In this document: in pieces, positions 36,456 through 46,900 of the stretch
Numbering within the stretch: position 1 is the first letter of the stretch
Layout: each line of letters opens with the position of its first letter
NCBI RefSeq assembly: GCF_002571385.2
Contig: NW_019217849.1
Location: forward strand, 276,499-335,014
DNA: 58,516 nucleotides
Source of the DNA: Stylophora pistillata
Lineage: Eukaryota
Reading direction: 5' to 3'
Translations under genes and position numbers: made by a program
Notes under the pieces: model-generated
Told to the model about the DNA's origin: nothing
Seen by the model: only the letters and a program-made list of their open reading frames with translations
The model's database searches: none

Positions 36456-37906
36456 TTAAAGTTTGAAGGTAAATGATGCACCACAGGAACACCCTTTCTC
36501 AGAATTAGGGTTGAGTGAAATTCTAAAAGCTGAGCGAATGAGTTCTTCATGATAGTCCACTGTGGAACCTTTCAGGTACTCCAGAGAAATTTCATCAATT
36601 ACAACCTTTGCACCATCTCTTTCAAATATTCTATTGAAAAAAAAAAGACTGAATATAGAATTAAAAGAGAAAGTAATGGAAAGAAAAGAAGTTCACTTCA
36701 CATTACAAGTTTGCATTGTCAGGCTTGATTTGCGTTAAACCTCAACCTTCTCCTTACAGCATCACCTCTGAATCAAACATTAACCCTTCAATTCCCAGAA
36801 GGGATTCACAGCTAATTTCTCCTTGCATTATCCATACACTATCCAGCAAACAGTTAATGAGAACACATATGTATCAGGTACAAGTTATCTTGATCTAACA
36901 CCAAATTCTCATAACTAATTTACAAAGAAATGTGTCGCAACCAGAGGGGAGAATTAAGAATTAGATCTTGGGAGTTAAAGGGTTCACCTCATGAAAATAA
37001 AGGAAATAATTGCCATCAAAAGGATCTCTTGATTGTTAAACAAATTCTCCTTGTCAGCACCATAGGCAATGTGTAGAGAACAGTATGGAGAATATGTCTA
37101 CTGATGTTAGGGTGTAAAGGTCCTCAGGAAATGTATAGAGAACAGTATGGATAATATGCATGCTGATGTTGGGGTATAAAGGTTTCGGCAGACTTAAAGG
37201 TGGCTTCATTTTAGCCTTGTCTTCAATTTTTCATTCCAGTGTTAACTAATAAAAAGGAAAAACAAAACGAACCTATCATCTTCGCTGATATCAGAATCAA
37301 CATCAAAGGTGTACTTAAACCCTGAACAGCCACCTCCCTCAACTGCTACACGAAGAAATCCTTCTTTGTCATCGGGGAAAATCTTTTTCAGTTGCTGTTA
37401 ATCAAAATAATAATAAAAAAAAATTAAATGATTACTCTAAGTGATAAAAGAATCCTTGAAATTGTTGATCAGAAAACAGGCTATTTAAAAAAAAATTAAA
37501 TGATTGGTCATTTGGGTCATAATATTACATTTATTAAGCTTACTTTTAATTAATTTGATACTTCTTTCAACCCTTGAAATCCCAGCTGAATTTAAGGGAA
37601 TGAAAACCTATTAAGAAACAGATAACTGTTGCCGCCATGACTATAGATATCTCTATGGTTCCCGTTCTTTTAGTTTGTAAGATTTGCAAGTTAGGAAAAA
37701 TGTTACACAATCTTGACCTTTACGCAGTTGTCACTCAGCTGCAAGTCTTGGGAATCTGCTTTGTTTCCTTCCTCTGCTGAAGAAAACTTCCTAACGAAAG
37801 GTGAATTTTGGACTGTCAAATAAATGTAACGATGTGTGAGGGGTAAAATTTGACGTCTACTCGCAGATGATAAAAGTCTTCCCCAAATGACACGGCAAGA
37901 CGCCAT
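36456..37906 (-). CDS. ISCA2: Iron-sulfur cluster assembly 2 homolog, mitochondrial
   Basis: Exons 37906-37718, 37394-37273, 36630-36456. Transit peptide, [56 protein letters not shown] (A-type carrier; these motifs fit ISCA2 rather than ISCA1). Confidence 0.93.
36780..37182. mobile_element. Cluster of TTAACCCT-type MITE copies in ISCA2 intron 2
   Basis: TTAACCCTT...AATTTCTCCTT...ACCAAATTCTC...GATCTTGGGAGTTAAAGGG. Related copies at about 12168-12360, 12760-12890, 17835-18090, 21700-21910, 26274-27035 and 38498-38712. Confidence 0.75.
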
Positions 37907-37978
37907 GTTTGTTGCTGTCTAATGTAACCGCGCGTCGTATTGGGTCTTTAATTGATTGATCAGCGGTTAACGAAAGAA
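37907..37978. promoter_or_regulatory. Very compact bidirectional promoter/5'UTR region between ISCA2 and PUS10
   Basis: Divergent start codons are only 72 bp apart; the interval contains a CpG cluster (ACCGCGCGTCG). Confidence 0.65.
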
Positions 37979-40900
37979 ATGATGGCGGACGATTCGAAGG
38001 TAAGTAAATGATTTCTGTTTTTTTTTTTATGCTTTTAGTTAATGTTGAGGTCTAATTTTTGCAGCTGATATGTTTTACCTGATGCCTACGGGGAGTTTTA
38101 TGCCATATCACTTTCTATACGGGGAGCTCTATTTTCTTATTGGTTGTTTTGTTTAGTTTTAAAATTAATTTTTAACATGATATGTGATTTTTAAGGAAGA
38201 AAACAGTCTGTCTGTTGACGAAGCCCTCAAGGAAATGCCTTGTTGCCCACGATGCATTTTACGACTGCTTGGAGAAAGGAACATCGATTTATACCAAGAC
38301 AGTGTTGAGGTAAAACGCTGAAGTCGTACCGTATCTTATTAGTTGTCAATGGAGTGCCCTCGTGGTATACCCTGAAGCGTTTACACTTTTGGTAAAAGTG
38401 TGTGGTGGTACAGTGGATTGTTTTGGCGGTGTGTTTTGTTGAGTTGCCCATCTCCCTGATCCTCATCTCTTACTTACTCTCAATCTGCCTCCACTGGTTT
38501 AACCCTTTGATTCCCATGATCGAATGACCAAGACAGAATTTCTCATTACAATATCAATACATTTTAAAGCAGAAAAGTAGTGAGAATGTACAAAAATCTA
38601 AATCAGGTGAATAATTGGTTGATCCAATACCAAATTCTCCTCATTAACATTATAAGAATTGTATAGCAGACAGTGAGGAGAATTCCTTTAGAGATCTTGG
38701 TCGTGAAAGGGTAAAGGTAATGGTGCAAAGAATGAGGTTATCATGATTATGATTATTAGTTTACTTGATCTCATACAAGCGTCATCCAACCTTAACACTT
38801 ATAGGAAAGTTTTGGAAAATAAATCCGTCTTTTCAAGACTGCAAAGTATCCATGAATATCTCTTTTCTTGTCAACATTTTTATTCATACATGACTTTATC
38901 ATTTATTGTACAGAGTTTTAAATCCATTATAAGTAGTTTTACTTCTATAGTAAATACTTTTATTTCTATTGTCTGATCAATATTTGATCTCTCATTCTAT
39001 TTATTTATCTACTTATCCATTTATTTTTCATTGTGGCATGCGTGTGAAGTAGCTGATACAGTACAAATTGCTAAGTTCTTTGTTCCATGTGAAATTATGT
39101 TCTATTGTATGCCATTCTTTAGAGAGAAATGCAGAGCATTTGTGTAGCTTGTCTTGGTATATTGGAAAAGAGTACTGAAACTGCTTTTCTTGATAAGGTA
39201 ATGTGTTATAAATTCATTGAGATAAGTCAAATTGATATCCTGTCAGTATTCTTGTTCTTGAGAAAGTAACAATCAAGAAAGTAACAATCTTATATACAGA
39301 CAGTACTTGACACCAACATTAGCCAACTAGCCACAGACTAGTAGAAATTCAGTTTTGGCCAGTGTGTAAAAGTTGAAAAGTTAGTGTCAAGCCCTGGTAG
39401 AGCTAGTTTGTCTTTCTTTCTTTCCTTTTTAAAAAAGGGTACAAAAAATGCTGAAGTTCTGAGCATGATTTTATTGAAAAACATTTGACTAAAGTCCCTG
39501 TGGGTGCAGGCTACACAGAAACATATTTTGCTCTTAGTCATGATCTTTTAAAGGATTTAAAACCTTACAAAAACAGTTGTCCATGCAATCTGGTTGTCCA
39601 GGTTAGGGTATAGTCTTGAAAAAAAACTGTTATGCCTGAAATATCAAAAGTGCTGGGAGAAGTGATTATCATATGGCAGTATTTCTCTGTTTGTTTTAGA
39701 TACAATCAGCCATCAGGAGTAGTGGTCATCAGTTTGAGAGTTTTATGTTTGCTATTTCTGTGTCGCATTCTTTGACTCTTCGCCAGGTATGGTCCAATAA
39801 GTACTTTATACATTAATTAAATCAGTATCAAATTTTGTCTGTACTTTCCAAATTAGATCATTCACTAAGTAGAATTTTTGTGGCTAGTAACAATTTTAAG
39901 AGATAGTACTTATTATTTTGTTGATAGTCGATTGAAGATAGCCTATTTACTTGTTGTCACAACAAGTGAAATCCAAAACTTTTGCACAAGAATAAGACAG
40001 TATAAAGCTCAAAGTGTGATTGCAAGTACTTTTATTGAGACATATCTGAGAAGAGACTTTTTTATTTTGTCTATAGCACTCATTATCCATATTTCTCCAA
40101 GAAAACTACAGGTATGTGTTGTCATGACTCTCTTTAACTCCATAATTTTTTTAACATTTGATTCAACTGTAGCAGGAAGACTTATGATTAGTAATGGTTG
40201 CAGGCATTTTAATCTGCACTGACAGTTCTTCACAGACCTTGAATTATCTCTTTGGTCTTTAGTTCAGAGGGTGACCTGTAGGGAGAGGGCTTCCTCACGT
40301 AGCTAAAAAAAAAAAAAAAACGCTGTGAACAGACTATTGGAAGGTACAAGTAGCCAGAGGCACTTCCTCAAAATGTACCTGCAGGGCTCTACACTAACTT
40401 TTCAACTTACTAGCCAAGTGGCTTGTGACATCTTAGATGTTTTTACTACAATTTCAGTCTGTTTACTAGCCAAACTGGCCAGTGGAAATTGAAAACCACT
40501 AGCCAAAACTGAATTTCTACCAGTCTGTGGCTAGTGTGCTACCGTTAGTGTCCAGCCCTGACCTGTCCTCTGACTGGGGGAGGGAGGGGGGCTATTGTAT
40601 GCATTACACATCTTTTTGCAATTTGCAACCCTTACCCTAAGTTTAAAATGTTTATTTAGGAAAATTTTCAAGAGGGCCTACCTCTTGTTTTCCTGTAGGG
40701 TGTTTTTCTAAGTAGTATTTTTGTTTGATAATCTTGTATGAATATTGTTATTTATGCTCAATAATAGCTATTTTCTTTTGTTGTATATCACAGTTCAGCA
40801 TTTGACAGTAGGGAACTGGATGAGATCCCAAGAGTTAAGGATGTGTTCAAATGGGTTCATGGTCCAAAACTAGAGGAAAGATTACAAGTTAATTACAAGG

Positions 40901-43900
40901 CATTGGTAAGTTAAAGAAAGGAGACCAGGTATCAACTTCAATATAAACTAGAAACAGAAGACAAGAAGGTTAGGGAGAACTGAACAAGGTCAGGGAGGCC
41001 AAAAAAATTGTGCAAGGGTCCTGCAGGTTGTTTTGGACCATAAAGTCAGTGGCAGAAAATTGGATTTTTTAATAACTTGTGCTCCTTCTCTATATTTGAT
41101 AACCAAGCTTGCAGTTTACCATCCTCTTTTCTTGGTTCACGCACTTCACATGCTCGGCATTGAATACTCTAACAGTGTGCAGCATGCTTGTCATACATGA
41201 ACAGAGCACAACCTTTCTTTCCCTCCCCCCATTCCCTCGATATATTTGTTCCCCCTTTGTGCTGTGCCTTCATATTACTTGCAATCAGCTCACACACTCC
41301 TCCTATTGGACTAAAAAGAAAAGACAAAGACTGCTATACAGTCAAGTTTTTGGCCAGTGATAAAGGGTGTGACTTCAAATTCTAAAGCCCTGAATCTTCA
41401 TCGGCAACTCAAAATTTGCGCATTAGTTTTTCTGGCTCTTAGAAACACTTTTGAATGTTTGTTAGAATTTTTTCTTTTTTTCTTCAGAGCCCCTTTAAGA
41501 TTTTACTGGATTTTACCCATAGAGATGCAGACAGAGAGGTTGAGTTTCTGTAAGTACTTGCATGTACCTATTAAGTAAACAATGAAGATAAGATTTCTTT
41601 TCTTTTTTCTTCAAATGTCAACAAGAGAGGTAGTTCTGCAACAGGAAATAATTCTTACATTAGTATGTATAATTTCTCAAGCATAGAAATTTGATGAGGT
41701 AAGTATATACCCTTAGGTAAGCCGCCTGAAAGCTTTTTTTGAGAAAGCTTTTTGACAAGGTTTTTGGTTTATGAAAGATTTGTACCTTTTTTTCTTGTAA
41801 TGAGCAGGAATGATTCATCCAAGTCAAGGCTACGACATCGGAGAAAACGACACAAAATAGAAGTAAGTCATTGCTTAGATTTATGTCTTCACTTCGTTTT
41901 GAAACAAGAAATAATTTCAACGAGTATGCTGCGGGGTGATTATCATTAAAAGTGTGTTTGTGGTGGTTCAATTTTTTTTAAAATTATTTTCAATTCACTT
42001 TGATTATTATTGCTTCAGAGTATGTCAATGAGTGGAAGACAAATTAATTAAATAAAATGCATCGGATAAGGCTTAATTTTTTTCAAATAGGGAAAGATTT
42101 AAAGTGAATCAAATTCTGGTCTCGGTAGTAATACTCTTTTGGTTCTCAACTATTAAGCGCAATGGAAGTGAGCGTCGTTAACCCAGAAATATTTGATAAG
42201 AACCGCAACAGCCAATTAGAGGGATCACAAAGAGCCAATAAGACAGGGGCGGATCCAGGAATTTTTGATTGGGGGGGGGGTCTAAACTTTGGTTCAGAAA
42301 GGACTGTTGGACTCTTTTGAGGCAAATTACTTCTCCCCCACACCCCCTCCCACCAGTCGCGGTTGCACGTTATAATTCCTTGGCCGCTTACCGTTTACTT
42401 GGATTCATTAATTTAAAAAATCAGCCAATTAAAAAGTGCTATACGATCCTGCGGATGTAAGAATTTCAGTCTCAAAGTTTTAAGCGTCAGGTCTGATAGG
42501 AGGGTCTGGATCCCCCGGACCCTCCCCCTGGATCCGCCACCGATAAGAGCATAAAGTAAAAACAAGGAAAGTGTTGAAAGCGCGGGAAAACCCGGGTGAC
42601 CAAGTCGCGATTGGTTTTAGTGTTGAATTTTAATTGATTGCGAGGAATCTGCAAGTTTTGTGGACCAATCACGGAGAGAAGTAAAGCAAAACCAGAGAAA
42701 CCCCGTATGACTCTCAACACTCTTTGGTTTTCTGTCAGAACAAACCAGAGGAAGGAAGAATTTCATCATCATCTGTCAACAAAGCTCTCGCAGAACTTAC
42801 AACTGTTGATCGCCTGAAAAGGTAGCTTTGACACTAGTTATTGATAAACGCTTTGGCAATGCAGCTATATCGATTTTATTTTTTTTTATCTCTGTTTCTT
42901 CTTTACTTCCTGCCCTTGCGTCATGCCTTCTTCTTTTTCAGGATTTTCGAAAATAATTTTCCTCTTTTAAGTTTTTTTCCGGTCGTCGAGTAAACAAGAT
43001 AAAGAAAATTTCCACTCCAATTCATACCCCTGTCTGTTATCCCTTTGTTACTATTCTTGTGTATTTCCTTTAGAGTCACCGACTGCCCTCCTAAGTCACC
43101 TCAGTTCACCATGGAGTTATCACAGATAACGTGTGCTCACGATTCCATCTATATTGCAGGTTTGTAAACAATAAACATACCAAGGAAAGTGTTTGTTTTG
43201 TCACTATTGTGAATAAGGGAAACAAAGAAAAAAGTATGGGCTTCCCCATCTGTAGGTGGAATGGAATATGTTTCAGTCGAGCCGAAATGACTTGTAACCC
43301 TCTCCCAGAAAAAAATTTAAACGGAGGTTGCATTTGACGAGATGAAAGACTTTGGGAAGAGATCATTCACATACTGATTTGTTTTTTTTAATTATATTTC
43401 TGTGGATTTTAGGGAGATACAATAAGTATTCACGAACTCTTCCTCAAACACCTTGGTTAATCGACAACGTTCGACTCCGCGAGTCGTCAGTTGAGGTAAG
43501 GTTTAACCATAAACCTTGCTGAAAAAAAGTTGATGAACATGTTATTTTTCCTCACAACCGTAATTATGAATGAAGAGGAAAACAGATGACGAGAAGATAC
43601 AAAAATTTAACGTATGAGGCCAAATTCTCTTCTCAAGGAACTCTTAACGAAGTGGCTGATGCGGCTGCCGGCGGTGTACACAGTGCCTCTCAGGTGTTTT
43701 AATGAGTACCGGCGAATTTAACGCCGCGATATTCTGTCATTTTCTGTTTTGCAGGAAAAAATTTGTGACCTCGTGACAGCCAAGGTCAGATGTGACGGTA
43801 TGTGTCCACTGTGTTGTGGGAGGGGNNNNNNNNNNNNNNNNNNNNNNNNNNNNNNNNNNNNNNNNNNNNNNNNNNNNNNNNNNNNNNNNNNNNNNNNNNN

Positions 43901-46900
43901 NNNNNNNNNNNNNNNNNNNNNNNNNNNNNNNNNNNNNNNNNNNNNNNNNNNNNNNNNNNNNNNNNNNNNNNNNNNNNNNNNNNNNNNNNNNNNNNNNNNN
44001 NNNNNNNNNNNNNNNNNNNNNNNNNNNNNNNNNNNNNNNNNNNNNNNNNNNNNNNNNNNNNNNNNNNNNNNNNNNNNNNNNNNNNNNNNNNNNNNNNNNN
44101 NNNNNNNNNNNNNNNNNNNNNNNNNNNNNNNNNNNNNNNNNNNNNNNNNNNNNNNNNNNNNNNNNNNNNNNNNNNNNNNNNNNNNNNNNNNNNNNNNNNN
44201 NNNNNNNNNNNNNNNNNNNNNNNNNNNNNNNNNNNNNNNNNNNNNNNNNNNNNNNNNNNNNNNNNNNNNNNNNNNNNNNNNNNNNNNNNNNNNNNNNNNN
44301 NNNNNNNNNNNNNNNNNNNNNNNNNNNNNNNNNNNNNNNNNNNNNNNNNNNNNNNNNNNNNNNNNNNNNNNNNNNNNNNNNNNNNNNNNNNNNNNNNNNN
44401 NNNNNNNNNNNNNNNNNNNNNNNNNNNNNNNNNNNNNNNNNNNNNNNNNNNNNNNNNNNNNNNNNNNNNNNNNNNNNNNNNNNNNNNNNNNNNNNNNNNN
44501 NNNNNNNNNNNNNNNNNNNNNNNNNNNNNNNNNNNNNNNNNNNNNNNNNNNNNNNNNNNNNNNNNNNNNNNNNNNNNNNNNNNNNNNNNNNNNNNNNNNN
44601 NNNNNNNNNNNNNNNNNNNNNNNNNNNNNNNNNNNNNNNNNNNNNNNNNNNNNNNNNNNNNNNNNNNNNNNNNNNNNNNNNNNNNNNNNNNNNNNNNNNN
44701 NNNNNNNNNNNNNNNNNNNNNNNNNNNNNNNNNNNNNNNNNNNNNNNNNNNNNNNNNNNNNNNNNNNNNNNNNNNNNNNNNNNNNNNNNNNNNNNNNNNN
44801 NNNNNNNNNNNNNNNNNNNNNNAGAACAGTTGAATAAGCAGAAAGAAGTTGTCAAATAAAGAAATTTACTTCGAGCTCAAAACATAACAAAACCAAGATG
44901 GCCGCTACAGGAACAAAACAATATTCCGAAGCCCGCGGTCCTCATCGGCAAAACCACAAAAGGGCGGGAAAACGAGTGGTAATTGAACAAATTTTTCCTT
45001 AATTATTTTAACACCTTCCACAACTTTTATTGTGAAAATATTTGTTAAAAATCACAGGAAGACCCTTTCTGGTTGAACTGATCAACCCGCGCCTCACTCG
45101 TCTGAAGGAGTCGTTCTTCATTGAACTTCAAAAAGAAATCAACTTTTCACATTCCGACATTGCCATCAGAAACCTCCAGCAGGTCACAAAGTAAGGGATG
45201 ATGTTGCCAAACGTTATTTCATTTCACTGAAATTCCATGTGCGTATACTTTAGATAAGGGACTCGAAATTGTATCTACTGCTCAGATACAGAGATTTGTT
45301 TTGAAAATTGTTCGTAACTTTATGTTGTAGGGAGCAGTGCCTCGTCCTGAAAGACGCAGAAACCAACAAAACTAAAACTTACAAGTAAGTCCGCAATGAC
45401 TGGGTTGTGTCGTGGTGGGTTCCAATCTGATAACGCCAATTTTCACAATCCTACTATCTAGAAAAAGAAACACGAGGAGAAATGGGTAAGACTGAGTCTG
45501 GAATCCAACCCACTCCCCCACCTCATAACCTTCCCCAGGCCCCTGTCCCTTCCCCCCACACTTTCAATTCCGCTTCCTACAACGAAATCTTGATGTTTTT
45601 CCTAATTGCCTTTTTGTTTGCAGGGCGTTGATATGGACAGAAAACGAAATTACTGACGAACAGCTTCAGAAACTTAATGGAATGAAGGTGAAGCTTTTCT
45701 GTTCCTTGTTTTTGTGGTAGTTTAGTCACTTTACCCATTATCACGAGCAGTTATGTGATATGAATTTCTTACCTCTTACTTTGATGTAGTAGTTTTGATT
45801 AAGACCGGATTAAACTTCAGAGAGTTAGGAATTGTACCTTATCTAGTTAGCCTCTCAGGATAAACTGAAACTTTCTATTGGTTTACGGGCGCTGAAATAT
45901 ACGCTGAATGTTTATATTTGAATAGCACGAGGAAAGATTCTAAAATAACGGTATAATGGTTTAGTTTTTTTAGTTGATTGCTGTAAGCGATAGCTTTTTC
46001 ACCAATTAGAGTGCAACTAATTTTTCATTTTACAATTCTTCATAAAAATTTTTTCAAAACAAAGCATTTGTGATTTGTGGACACAATGCTTGGCTGATGT
46101 ACACCTGTAACTAAACCTTTGGCAGCAAAAGTAAACAGCTTAGGAACTTGTCGTGGAGTTAAGCTACAGTAACTTTCCCATAAATTCTCGTGCTTCAGTG
46201 GATTTAGCATAAACTCATAGTTTATTTGGTTAATTAGAGTCTGATCCTATATTCTGTTCTTTCACTTAGGATGTAAAGATTTACCAAAAAACTCCTTTAC
46301 GTGTATTACACAGGTGGTTAATTACCTTCCTTTACTATTCCGCTATTACGTCATTTTACCATATTAGGCCAACGGAACGCGCAGAATATGCCACGGTATT
46401 CCACTGTAGAACATGGTAAATATACAGACGGAAAACAGAGCAAAAAATGGCCGCACTGAACGATCCAAACTTTGATGTCTTTTCCGTAATTTAGATGTGA
46501 CTTTCTTCCCCTCTCCCCCTCCCCTCACCCAACTTTACATTTTGGTAAGGCTCGTGCTGATTCGCAGACACTCTATATTTACCCCGGGTGGAGAAAGCTG
46601 AGCATCTTGCTGATGGGTTAAATTTCTGGTACAGGAGCACTATTATTTTCCACTTACAATCCCTCTTCTCGAGCCAGGTGAGATGGAACCCACCACACCC
46701 CTCTATAGGCGACTGCACTTCAGTCAGTCTATTTTGAGTCTATATCCTTACCAACATATCTAGGTACATGGCGCCAATAAAATCTAGGATAATTTTAGAT
46801 TTCTTTGTACTCTCATGAAATAATTCTGTAGCAGAGGGATGCTTTGCAAGCTCAGAAGGAAAGGTTATTTGGCGTTTAAACTCCTCGTGGTCTTATTTGT

